Assembly: GCF_018336915.1 (NCBI RefSeq) | Contig: NZ_CP064923.1 | Coordinates: 3,900,001 to 3,932,000 of the forward strand | Source of the DNA: Acaryochloris marina S15 | Lineage (GTDB): Bacteria; Cyanobacteriota; Cyanobacteriia; Thermosynechococcales; Thermosynechococcaceae | DNA: 32,000 bases | Direction of reading: 5' to 3' | In this document: positions 1 to 7,780 of the stretch, piece after piece | Numbering within the stretch: the first letter of the stretch is position 1 | Layout of the letters: each line of letters begins with the position of its first letter | The notes under the pieces: model-generated | What the model was told of the DNA's origin: nothing | What the model saw: only the letters and a program-made list of their open reading frames with translations | The model's database searches: none | Position numbers and translations under genes: made by a program

Positions 1-17
1 CAGCATGGCTTAGAGAT

Positions 18-53
18 AAAAAAAGACACCCCCTTCTGCCTCAAGAGAGTGTC
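18..53 (-). terminator. Rho-independent terminator after the psbF-like gene
   Basis: Minus-strand RNA forms an 11-bp stem (GACACUCUCUU / AAGGGGGUGUC, two G-U pairs) with a 7-nt loop, followed by U7 (A-run 18-24 on the + strand). It starts 24 nt after the stop at 77. Confidence 0.75.
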
Positions 54-76
54 AAGCTAGCGTCGTTTTGCCAATC

Positions 77-376
77 TTATTCGCGTTGTAAGACTTCTTG
101 GAGTTCTTGCAACGTCGGACCACCAAACAGTATTACGTTCCATACAACTGAAAACAAGATTGGCGCCAGCACCAAGGCGAGCCGCAGATCAAGTCCAGCA
201 ATGACCGTTGGAGCAACTGCCTCATAGACATTCATTCGGTCAATAAACTGCATGGATGCAATTGCGCCGAGGAACCACACCAAGGGAACACCCAACGTGT
301 GTACCGCTAACCATCGCACCGTATAGATGGGATATGTCCTTTCAGGAGGGCGCTGGAGTCGAGTTCTAGATGTCAT
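77..376 (-). CDS. Cytochrome b559 beta (PsbF)-like protein with a ~53-aa C-terminal extension containing a second hydrophobic segment
   Basis: Residues 14-46 ([34 protein letters not shown]) match the canonical PsbF core, including the heme-ligand His. Canonical PsbF ends just after QFIQR, but this ORF continues with MNVYEAV...[21 protein letters not shown]...LQRE. AGGAG lies 9 nt upstream of the ATG. Confidence 0.8.
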   Translation of the reverse strand: MTSRTRLQRPPERTYPIYTVRWLAVHTLGVPLVWFLGAIASMQFIDRMNVYEAVAPTVIAGLDLRLALVLAPILFSVVWNVILFGGPTLQELQEVLQRE

Positions 377-392
377 ATCTAATGTCTCCTAA

Positions 393-662
393 TTAGTTGG
401 TGTCAAGGCTTGGACTAAGATTGCGGAATTCATCGATTTGCTGTTTGCCGGCATATCGATCCGTCACGATCTGAACCTGAGACTCAGACTGAGAAAAATA
501 TTCATTAGGATGGGGCGTCCCAAAGACGTCATATGCTAGCCCAGTGCTGACAAAAAACCAGCCCGATATAAAAATAGCTGGAATATTGATGACATGGAGC
601 TTCCAGAACGAAAAATCGGTAATTATCTCGCCAAATGGGCGCTCACCTGTTACACCGGCCAT
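393..662 (-). CDS. Cytochrome b559 alpha (PsbE)-like protein, divergent copy
   Basis: [56 protein letters not shown] aligns along its length with canonical PsbE (GERPF, heme His, [12 protein letters not shown]). The ORF track starts at 668, but the second ATG at 662 has AGGAG 6 nt upstream and gives the canonical MAG N-terminus. Confidence 0.85.
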   Translation of the reverse strand: MAGVTGERPFGEIITDFSFWKLHVINIPAIFISGWFFVSTGLAYDVFGTPHPNEYFSQSESQVQIVTDRYAGKQQIDEFRNLSPSLDTN

Positions 663-679
663 AAGCATCTCCTAACTTA

Positions 680-740
680 ATTGAGAATAATTCTTATTCA
701 CAGCATCATTATTGCAAGTGATTATCAATAATGCAAGAGA
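680..740. promoter_or_regulatory. Fur-box-like AT-rich operators upstream of the psbE-like gene
   Basis: GAATAA-TTC-TTATTC (6-3-6 inverted repeat, 685-699) and GTGATTATCAATAATGCA (718-735) resemble the GATAAT-hexamer Fur box. An ATTGAGAAT core sits at 680-688. The site lies 18-78 nt upstream of the psbE-like start and in the divergent region with fur. Confidence 0.5.
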
Positions 741-856
741 TAATTTCTGTTCTCATTAAGATATTCGATAAGTAAAAGCTATAACTGCCCAAGATCAAGC
801 CATAGAAAGAGATGAGCAAGTCATCACTACCTGCCTATTTGCTGCCCTCTAATCGG

Positions 857-893
857 CAATGATTTTTATTTTTATTGAGAATTGTTGTAAATT
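857..893. promoter_or_regulatory. Second Fur-box-like AT-rich site in the psbE-like/fur divergent region
   Basis: CAATGATTTTTATTTTTATTGAGAATTGTTGTAAAT contains a second copy of ATTGAGAAT (874-882; reverse complement AATTCTCAATAAA). Confidence 0.4.
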
Positions 894-1079
894 TGGAGAC
901 AGACTGAACTCCCATAAGCTCAGATGCGTTGTCCTTTTTCTACTGTTATGACTGGATATAGCGTTGACGTTCACTTGCAATGATTTTGTGGAAACATCAC
1001 AGCCATAACTAACAGCTGCCTTTATATACAGCCATCGATCTACCCAAGTCCAGAGGAAATTATCTAGTTAGGACGGTAC

Positions 1080-1526
1080 ATGTATACTTCCAGTTCGCTC
1101 AAAGCAGAATTAAATGAGAAAGGGTGGCGACTAACTCCTCAACGGGAAATCATCTTGACCGCCTTTCAAGAGTTACAGAAAGGGCAACATCTTAGCGCCG
1201 AAGATCTCTACGAGCTGTTATTACAACAAGGCAGCCCCATCAGCCTCTCAACCATTTATAGAAATACCAAACTCATGTCTCATATGGGGATTCTCCGAGA
1301 ACTAGAATTCGCTGAAGGGCATAAACATTATGAGCTGAACCAACCCTACCCGAATCATCATCATCATCTGATCTGTGTCAAATGTAATCAAACGATTGAG
1401 TTCAAAAGTGATTCAATCCTCAAAGTGGGGAAAACCAAAGCCAAGCAATCTGGTTTTCATCTCCTAGACTGTCAATTGACGATTCACGCCATTTGCCCAA
1501 CTTGCAAAAATGCAAAGGGACAGTGA
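1080..1526 (+). CDS. fur: Ferric uptake regulator, FurA-type
   Basis: SLKAELNEKGWRLTPQREIIL...LSAEDLY...ISLSTIYRNTKLM..GILRELEFAEGHKHYELNQPYPNHHHHLICVKCNQTIEF...LLDCQLTIHAICPTCK. This shows a Fur-family winged helix, the HHHH metal site, two CxxC pairs and a C-terminal Cys-Pro motif. By my recollection it is close to Anabaena FurA. Confidence 0.9.
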   Translation: MYTSSSLKAELNEKGWRLTPQREIILTAFQELQKGQHLSAEDLYELLLQQGSPISLSTIYRNTKLMSHMGILRELEFAEGHKHYELNQPYPNHHHHLICVKCNQTIEFKSDSILKVGKTKAKQSGFHLLDCQLTIHAICPTCKNAKGQ

Positions 1527-1550
1527 TCCACCCATCATGGTTGGGTCAGA

Positions 1551-1922
1551 TTATTTAATTTCTAGGGCTTCAGACCCACCTTCCTCTAGAGTTCTCAGGA
1601 GTATTCCCAGCTGATACCACACCAGCAGCCCACTGGATAGAATCACAAAGGAAGACATGGCAAACCCAACAGCCCAGGTCACCGCAAAAGTCGTTAAGGC
1701 TGAGCCCACAAAAATCCAGCTACAAAGACAGATACCTAGATAAGGCACAAATAGCCTGGGTTCATAAATATTCCGGAGTGGTTTATCGGATAGCCCCTCA
1801 GACCATTCTTGCGTCTTGCGTCTGATAGAAACTTCAAACGCTTTGCCACAAGCAAATCCGCCGAGAGCCGCAATGCCAACCAAAAAATATGGCGGAGCAG
1901 GAATTTCGAAAAGAAAGTGCAT
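1551..1922 (-). CDS. Hypothetical integral membrane protein (about 3 TM segments)
   Basis: 123-aa ORF with hydrophobic stretches (FLVGIAALGGFACG, LGICLCSWIFVGSALTTFAVTWAVGFAMSSFVILSSGLLVW). Convergent with fur across a 24-bp gap. No recognisable family. Confidence 0.55.
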   Translation of the reverse strand: MHFLFEIPAPPYFLVGIAALGGFACGKAFEVSIRRKTQEWSEGLSDKPLRNIYEPRLFVPYLGICLCSWIFVGSALTTFAVTWAVGFAMSSFVILSSGLLVWYQLGILLRTLEEGGSEALEIK

Positions 1923-2237
1923 GCATTACACCCTATAGAGCAAACTGAGAAAATTCAGTAGTAAATATATCTATTCTGATTGAAACTCAATTTGTCGATA
2001 AAAGCACATTTAAATCTGGGGTAAGCAATCCTTCCCTTTAGAGGAGTATCAATGGCTGAAGTCTTGGAGACCTAACTAAAGGGCAGTTAGACTAACAAGC
2101 CAATCTAATCCGCCATGGGTAAATAAAGCTAACTGAATAATTTTGGCAACGAGTGCACTATCGAAACCATGTCTTAACTCATGCAATTTCGTTTTCGAGA
2201 CCAAGAGGTAAGTGCTGGGCTTAGAAAAGAAAACGAC

Positions 2238-2852
2238 TTAAGCAATGTCTCTATCGAACTTAATTTTTATATTTTTCTGGATAAATCTGGGAGGCTTATT
2301 GCCGATATAGTCAAATTCAGCCAACTTGTATTGACTAAACTGAACATCCAGTTCACTGTAAGCAATTTTGGGATCTCTCTTAGAAATTGAGCTGGCTAGT
2401 CCGCCCTCTTCGCCGACGCAGGACTTGAAGTCTACTAAGTAGAGGTTACCGCCACTGTCAAAACTAAAGAAGGGACCATCCTGACCACCAATCGAATAAT
2501 TTCCATCTTGCCCATTATCTAGATCATAAATATTCCGGTTACAGATGGTCTCTTCTGTATGTTTTACTCCGGTATGTGGAGAAATATATTCAAAAGAGAA
2601 TCTTGCATCCTTACCCAAGTCATTGATAGTTAGGCTGCCCATCAATCCCTCTAGATCTTTGCCGGTATTCAAGGCATCAACCACAACATCTTTTTCATAG
2701 GTAACCTTGCCAGAGATCACTCCCTCATTGCCAATATTGCCAGCACTCTTAAACGAGTAAGTGGTAGCCCAAGCAGCATTGGTCATCATCAACAGACCTA
2801 AAAACACACCTACAGTGCTGATCAGCAAACGTTTGAGACTATTGCGAATCAT
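2238..2852 (-). CDS. Hypothetical secreted protein
   Basis: 204-aa ORF with an N-terminal signal peptide (MIRNSLKRLLISTVGVFLGLLMMTNAAWA). The mature part is Gly/Asp/Ser-rich and probably beta-rich. No family recognised. Confidence 0.6.
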   Translation of the reverse strand: MIRNSLKRLLISTVGVFLGLLMMTNAAWATTYSFKSAGNIGNEGVISGKVTYEKDVVVDALNTGKDLEGLMGSLTINDLGKDARFSFEYISPHTGVKHTEETICNRNIYDLDNGQDGNYSIGGQDGPFFSFDSGGNLYLVDFKSCVGEEGGLASSISKRDPKIAYSELDVQFSQYKLAEFDYIGNKPPRFIQKNIKIKFDRDIA

Positions 2853-3019
2853 CAGTGATATTCCTTTGCACGATTAATTTATTGATAGTTAATCTCAATA
2901 GTTACACAAGGTTGCTAACAGATCAAAATCGTTGCCTTCAAGAAAATGAGTGATAAACCTCATGAATAGTTAGTTCTATGGAGTACAGCTTCGATCTGCT
3001 TACCAGAATAGTCCTAGTA

Positions 3020-3098
3020 TTATTGAGTTTTATTACAAATACACAATTATATTATTGACATTGAATATCAATAAATCTATTCTGACAATCATTGATCG
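3020..3098. promoter_or_regulatory. AT-rich Fur-box-like region between the divergent secreted-protein and TPR-protein genes
   Basis: ATTATTGAGTTTTATTAC (ATTGAG core at 3022-3027), TTGAATATCAATAAATC, and TGACAATCATTGATC, which resembles the ATAATCATTATC half of the Fur-box consensus. Confidence 0.35.
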
Positions 3099-3313
3099 CT
3101 CTTAAAAATGTTCTCCTCTCAGAGACATGGCAAGGGGAGCTGTAAGTATTCAGTTCCCTATTTTTTTTCAGGGCCAGGCCGTTGTCGGTTTGTGATCGCG
3201 CCGCCCCAGCATCAGAATATTGCTGCAAAACTGAATCCTGCCCTTGACCTCCTAGATCAAGGATTTAACACAGTTAAAATCTGTCGGATCCAGTGCCGAT
3301 GAAAGGTGGAGAT

Positions 3314-4009
3314 ATGAAACGCATTGCTCTCAGTCTAATCATCCTTTTACTATCAGGGCTCATTCTCTTGAATGGTTCATCGACAGCGATGGCCCTTTCT
3401 AGTAGCAATGGTGTCTCATCTCAACGCCAACAAGGTGGGCAAACACAATCATCAACCTTTGACAAAACAGAATTTCTGTATTGGTTTAAGCAATGCGAAC
3501 ATCTACAGGGCCAACATGCCCTAGCGGCTTGTGAACAAGCCTTAAAGCTCAATCCCCATGTAGCCGCAACTTGGATCAACCATGGCCAAAAGTTATTCGA
3601 TTTTCGCCAATATGCGAAAGCACTGACTTCTTTTGATAATGCCTTGTTGATAAAGCCCGATTATTCCTTGGGTTTAGCCAACCGATGCGGCATTCTCAGC
3701 GTCTTAGGTCGATATCCCGAAGCCTTAGATTCCTGTGACATGGCCCTATTAGGTGATCAGCAATGGGGATTTAGTGGGCAGGTTCTCGCCTGGAATAACC
3801 GAGGCGAAACCTTGGTCAAGCTGAAACGGTATGAAGAGGCGTTAGCCTCTTTCCAAAAATCTTTAGCGATCGACCCCCATGATGTTGCGGCCCAGCAATA
3901 TCGTCACGTCGTCCTCAAGAAACTCAACCGTCACGATTCGTCACCACCGAAAGTTCCAGGGTTTATCCCCTCACCACAAGAGCAACAAATCGCTCTTGTT
4001 CTGAACTGA
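3314..4009 (+). CDS. Exported TPR-repeat protein
   Basis: Start chosen at the ATG preceded by GGTGGAG, giving signal peptide MKRIALSLIILLLSGLILLNGSSTAMA. Several TPR-like units follow (AACEQALKLNP, ALTSFDNALLIKPDY, ALASFQKSLAIDPHD). The ORF track starts at 3293. Confidence 0.7.
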   Translation: MKRIALSLIILLLSGLILLNGSSTAMALSSSNGVSSQRQQGGQTQSSTFDKTEFLYWFKQCEHLQGQHALAACEQALKLNPHVAATWINHGQKLFDFRQYAKALTSFDNALLIKPDYSLGLANRCGILSVLGRYPEALDSCDMALLGDQQWGFSGQVLAWNNRGETLVKLKRYEEALASFQKSLAIDPHDVAAQQYRHVVLKKLNRHDSSPPKVPGFIPSPQEQQIALVLN

Positions 4010-4085
4010 TATAAAGCAGCAATATTCAAAACCCGCGTTTTGTTCGATATCCCTTTTTTCTTTTATTTATATTTGGAAGATCCCT

Positions 4086-5189
4086 ATGGAATCCTCAGTT
4101 GGAAAACAAGACTATCCCTGGTACGCAGGGAATAGTCGCTTAATTGCACCCTCTGCTTCAGGAAGATGGTTAGCAGCCCATATTCTCCAAGCTGCCATTA
4201 TTATGTTTTGGGTAGGGCTCAACACCCTATCTGAATTACAGGTGTTTGACCCCAGTATTGCCATGTACGATCAGGGATTAGTGTTGATTCCTCATATGGC
4301 AGCAGAAGGGATTGGTGTAGGTCCAGGAGGAGTCGTTACCGATACATACCCCTATTTGGCCATTGCCTTAGTGCATTGGGTCGCGAGTATCGTTCTACTA
4401 TTTGGTGGCTATTATCACCTCGCCGTGGGTCCGTCTGACCTGTCCAAAGGAGGCCGAGGCAATACGAAACAGTTTGCGTTTGACTGGGATGATCCAAAGC
4501 AGTTGGGTTATATCTTGGGCAATCACCTCCTGTTTATCGGATTTGCTTCACTCATGTTTGCAGGCTGGATGATCAATCACGGTATTTATGACCCCACCAT
4601 AGGGGACGTTCAAGCTATCACCCCCACTGTTGAGAATTTCACCCACATCTACAAATATGGTTGGTCTACGCCTGGATTTAATCCATTTTTTATCGATAAT
4701 TTAGGTGATTTAGCCGCAGGGCATATCTTAATCGGTTTATTCGATATTATCGGTGGAATTTGGCACATTAATGTCACCCCCTTCAGTTGGGAACAACAGC
4801 TGGGAGCCCGGCGAGATAACTATAGTGCAGATGGATTGATCGGCTTATCCCTAGGAGCCGTTGCCATCATGGGATTCATTTCCGCCTATTTCTGCGCGGT
4901 TAATACGTTTGTCTATCCCGTTGAATTCTACGGTGCGGCCCTGGAAGTGAAATTTAATATTGCCCCTTACTTCAAGGACTCTGTTGAATTAGGAGATGGT
5001 GTATACAGCTCCCGAGCTTGGTTATCCAATGTGACTTACTATGTCGGCTTCTACTGCTTGCAGGGCCATCTATTCCATAGCCTAAGGGCCATGGGCGTCA
5101 AGTTTGAGAATCTTCCCCAAGCACTTAGCGCAGCCTTCAAAGTTGAGTCTTCACAACCGGTGGAAACTCCGCAACCCACTGAAGAATAA
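4086..5189 (+). CDS. CP43/IsiA/Pcb-family chlorophyll-binding antenna protein, divergent, with an acidic C-terminal tail
   Basis: YPWYAGNSRL, PHMAAEGIGVG, ALVHWVASIVLLFGGYYHL, ILGNHLLFIG, AAGHILIGLFDIIGGIWHI, VYPVEFYG, SSRAWLSNVTYYVGFYCLQGHLFHSLRAMG parallel the six-helix IsiA/Pcb pattern. There is no large CP43-type lumenal loop E. The tail is KVESSQPVETPQPTEE. Confidence 0.85.
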   Translation: MESSVGKQDYPWYAGNSRLIAPSASGRWLAAHILQAAIIMFWVGLNTLSELQVFDPSIAMYDQGLVLIPHMAAEGIGVGPGGVVTDTYPYLAIALVHWVASIVLLFGGYYHLAVGPSDLSKGGRGNTKQFAFDWDDPKQLGYILGNHLLFIGFASLMFAGWMINHGIYDPTIGDVQAITPTVENFTHIYKYGWSTPGFNPFFIDNLGDLAAGHILIGLFDIIGGIWHINVTPFSWEQQLGARRDNYSADGLIGLSLGAVAIMGFISAYFCAVNTFVYPVEFYGAALEVKFNIAPYFKDSVELGDGVYSSRAWLSNVTYYVGFYCLQGHLFHSLRAMGVKFENLPQALSAAFKVESSQPVETPQPTEE

Positions 5190-5239
5190 CGCCGACTTCA
5201 GGGATTGATGGATCAATTCTCCTCTCCATTAAAGTCAAG

Positions 5240-5276
5240 GGCATGATGGTTCCCTAGCTGGAATAGCCATCATGCC
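5240..5276 (+). other. Perfect 10-bp stem-loop downstream of the IsiA/Pcb-like gene
   Basis: GGCATGATGG, 17 nt, CCATCATGCC. No U-tract follows, so it is a possible mRNA-stability or processing element rather than a classical terminator. Confidence 0.3.
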
Positions 5277-5380
5277 TACAAAAATCAATGGCTGCTTGCC
5301 TTACCTTCAAAAAGTTACAAGCAGCTCAATGCCATGCTTTTCTCATAAAAAATTTTGCCCATCCACTCACAGGTAATGTC

Positions 5381-5674
5381 ATGACAGAAGAACAGGCAGC
5401 CACTGCCAATACTCAAGTTGTCACTGAGCCCAATTCTGCCCCCCCTAAACCAGAGGAACAAGCTGTAGCAACGGCTCCTGAAGAGAAGGCTGAATCCACT
5501 CCACCCACCACAGCAGAACCCCAATCCCCCTCTGTAAAATCCGAGGCAGGGGAACCTCCAACCCAGTCATCTCCTGAACAACCCCGCTTTTCTTCGGGGG
5601 TGCTGTTTTTTCTATGGGTATTCTGTACCCTCGTTTTCCTCTCAATTACTGCAGGCTATATTGCTACTCATTAG
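5381..5674 (+). CDS. Pro/Glu/Ala-rich, probably disordered protein with a single C-terminal TM anchor
   Basis: MTEEQAATANTQVV...PPKPEEQAVATAPEEKAESTPPTTAEPQSP... ends in GVLFFLWVFCTLVFLSITAGYIATH. I prefer the internal ATG at 5381 because the 31 residues upstream in the tracked ORF (5288) look non-coding. Confidence 0.5.
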   Translation: MTEEQAATANTQVVTEPNSAPPKPEEQAVATAPEEKAESTPPTTAEPQSPSVKSEAGEPPTQSSPEQPRFSSGVLFFLWVFCTLVFLSITAGYIATH

Positions 5675-6360
5675 TCCCAAATCCCCATCTCATCGCCTAA
5701 ATCTTGCTCTTCTGGTAAGTGAGGACATTCATTAAATCGATGAATGCGGCATAGCTGGGGATTTTGTCTAGATTGGGAAGATGAAGATAAAGTGACCTCA
5801 AATTCAAACAGGGCTGTATTGCCGATCCTCATGCCCCAAACTATGGGCGTGTCGAGAATCGCTGCAATGAGATATTGCAAGATACCCCCATGAGTCATCG
5901 CCCAAATTTGATCTGAAGGATGGTGGGTTTGATAGAGGGTGTGGATGAAACGGCGAGTGCGATCGCAACAGGCAGACAAAGTCTCACTCCCCGGTATTGG
6001 AATCACATCCTGACTATTCATCAACTGTTCACAGAGTTGAGGATGCTGCTCTTGGGCCTCTTGCCAAGTCAGCCCCTGAAAAATGCCATTGTCAATTTCC
6101 AGCAGTGACTCATCTGTTTGAATCGAGGGAAAATCATCTCCCTTTAGGTGGCAAGCCACCAGCATCTCCAAAGTAATCACTGCTCGCTTCAGTGGGCTAC
6201 TGTAAAGATGCGTTGGAGCCCAGCTTTGCCGGGACAAGAACTGCCCTAAAAGCTGAGCCTGCAGAACTCCATGGGACGACAGACGCTCATCCAACCGCCC
6301 TAACATCTTCTGTTGGACATTTCCCCGAGCCTCGGCATGGCGAATTAGCAGCAATCGCAT
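5671..6360 (-). CDS. Histidine phosphatase family protein (phosphoglycerate mutase-like)
   Basis: N-terminal MRLLLIRHAEARGN (RHG-type catalytic motif), SSPLKRA, and a downstream His in MTHGG. Confidence 0.75.
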   Translation of the reverse strand: MRLLLIRHAEARGNVQQKMLGRLDERLSSHGVLQAQLLGQFLSRQSWAPTHLYSSPLKRAVITLEMLVACHLKGDDFPSIQTDESLLEIDNGIFQGLTWQEAQEQHPQLCEQLMNSQDVIPIPGSETLSACCDRTRRFIHTLYQTHHPSDQIWAMTHGGILQYLIAAILDTPIVWGMRIGNTALFEFEVTLSSSSQSRQNPQLCRIHRFNECPHLPEEQDLGDEMGIWD

Positions 6361-6383
6361 AGGTCACATTGAGTTCCCAGAGA

Positions 6384-7478
6384 TTACTCTGTCAGCAATT
6401 CACATTGGGCATGATGACGGAGGAGATGATCACACAACACCAAAGCAACCATTGCTTCCACCATGGGGACAGCCCTCGGCAACACGCAAGGATCATGACG
6501 ACCTTTCGCTGCTAGAGTTGTAGCTTCACCAGCCTGATTGACGGTCTTTTGAGGTTTGCCAATCGTCGCAGTTGGCTTAAATGCGGCCCGCAACACGATG
6601 TTCTCTCCATTAGAAATGCCACCTTGAATCCCACCAGACCGATTGGTGACCGTCCGGATCCGTCCGTCCTCATCCGTATAAAACTCATCATTATGTTCGA
6701 GTCCCGTTAACTGAGTACCCGCAAACCCCGAGCCAATTTCAAACCCCTTACAAGCCGGCAAAGACATCACAGCTTTAGCTAATTCGGCTTCCAACTTGTC
6801 AAAGACAGGTACCCCCAGTCCCTTAGGCACCTGGCGAGCCACACATTCCACCACACCTCCGATGGAATTGGCATCCCGTCGGGTTTGATCAATCAGGTCA
6901 ATCATTTTCTCAGCGGCTTCAGTATTAGGACAGCGCACCATATTCGATTCAACCTGAGCTAAGGTCACTTGATCTGGATCAACATCCGCTTCCAAGGTTT
7001 TAATCCGCTTGACATAGCCAATCACTTCAACCCCAGCAGCTTGCTGGAGAATCTTTTTAGCAATCGCACCTGCTGCCACCCGGCCAATGGTTTCCCGAGC
7101 AGATGAGCGGCCACCCCCTTGCCAGTTCCGAATTCCATATTTGGCATCATAGGTAGCATCCGCATGAGACGGACGATAGACCTGGGCCATCTCACTGTAG
7201 TCTTGGGGGCGAGTATCCTTATTCCGCACCAAAATCGTAATCGGTGTCCCTAACGTTTTCCCCTGAAATATGCCTGAAACGATTTCACAGGTATCCGTTT
7301 CTTTGCGTGGTGTGGTGATTCGACTTTGACCCGGACGCCGCCGGTCTAGCTCAAACTGAATGTCTTCTTCTGTAATTTCAATTTGGGGCGGGCAACCATC
7401 AATGACCACCCCAACACCACCACCATGGGATTCACCAAAGGTTGTAATCCGAAATAAATGTCCAAAGGTATTTCCCAT
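6384..7478 (-). CDS. aroC: Chorismate synthase
   Basis: [56 protein letters not shown]..., [18 protein letters not shown]: full-length AroC signature. Confidence 0.95.
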   Translation of the reverse strand: MGNTFGHLFRITTFGESHGGGVGVVIDGCPPQIEITEEDIQFELDRRRPGQSRITTPRKETDTCEIVSGIFQGKTLGTPITILVRNKDTRPQDYSEMAQVYRPSHADATYDAKYGIRNWQGGGRSSARETIGRVAAGAIAKKILQQAAGVEVIGYVKRIKTLEADVDPDQVTLAQVESNMVRCPNTEAAEKMIDLIDQTRRDANSIGGVVECVARQVPKGLGVPVFDKLEAELAKAVMSLPACKGFEIGSGFAGTQLTGLEHNDEFYTDEDGRIRTVTNRSGGIQGGISNGENIVLRAAFKPTATIGKPQKTVNQAGEATTLAAKGRHDPCVLPRAVPMVEAMVALVLCDHLLRHHAQCELLTE

Positions 7479-7557
7479 TCTCTTGATCTGACCGTGCTAA
7501 GTACATACCGGGCAAGCTGCCTGTCTTCACTATCTCATTCGGTCTTGGTAAATAGCC

Positions 7558-7588
7558 AAAAAAAAAGAGAGGGAAATATTTCCCTCTC
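7558..7588 (-). terminator. Rho-independent terminator after the 52-aa ORF
   Basis: Minus strand reads GAGAGGGA-AAUAUU-UCCCUCUC (8-bp perfect stem) followed by U9 (A-run 7558-7566 on the + strand). It starts 34 nt after the stop at 7622. Confidence 0.75.
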
Positions 7589-7621
7589 CTCAAGAGCGTT
7601 GGTTATGGCTGGAATAAAAGG

Positions 7622-7780
7622 TTAGTTATGTCGAGCAGTCTGTGTACGTTGTTGTTCCATTTGGGCAATCGCTGTATCAACCTGTTGGGGGGTGTAACTG
7701 GTCAATTCAGTGAGCCAATGTTTAATCATTTCTTGCGAAAGATCGTTTGGACTTGTCAACATTTCAGTAGTACTAGGCAT
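7622..7780 (-). CDS. Small hypothetical protein (52 aa), not in the supplied ORF track
   Basis: My translation: MPSTTEMLTSPNDLSQEMIKHWLTELTSYTPQQVDTAIAQMEQQRTQTARHN. Followed by a strong terminator on the same strand. It overlaps, in antisense, the tracked + strand ORF 7628-7861, which looks like junk. Confidence 0.45.
   Translation of the reverse strand: MPSTTEMLTSPNDLSQEMIKHWLTELTSYTPQQVDTAIAQMEQQRTQTARHN

Noticed and set aside
77-235. Idea that the PsbF-like C-terminal extension is a fused PsbL
   Set aside because: The only similarity I can see is a loose resemblance ([15 protein letters not shown] versus PsbL LILVLALLFSSYFFN), and the helix length differs. This is too weak to call without a profile search, so it is kept only as a remark within the finding.
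2181-2390. Tracked 69-aa + strand ORF
   Set aside because: It largely overlaps, in antisense, the 3' end of the better-supported 204-aa secreted-protein gene. It has low-complexity junk sequence.
1969-3085. Shared 11-mer ATCTATTCTGA at 1969-1979 and 3075-3085 as evidence of a common operator
   Set aside because: On the order of a hundred identical 11-mer pairs are expected by chance in 32 kb of AT-biased sequence, so this is not significant on its own. Only the broader Fur-box-like context is reported.
3108-3302. Tracked 64-aa + strand ORF upstream of the TPR gene
   Set aside because: It has no recognisable features and lies in the promoter or leader region. The extension of the TPR ORF to 3293 is also disfavoured, because the ATG at 3314 has a Shine-Dalgarno and starts a clean signal peptide.
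5288-5380. N-terminal 31-codon extension of the Pro/Glu-rich ORF, and the antisense ORFs 5315-5524 and 5445-5645
   Set aside because: The extension (MAACLTFKKLQAAQCHAFLIKNF...) looks non-coding. The antisense ORFs are typical shadow frames of a biased-composition region.
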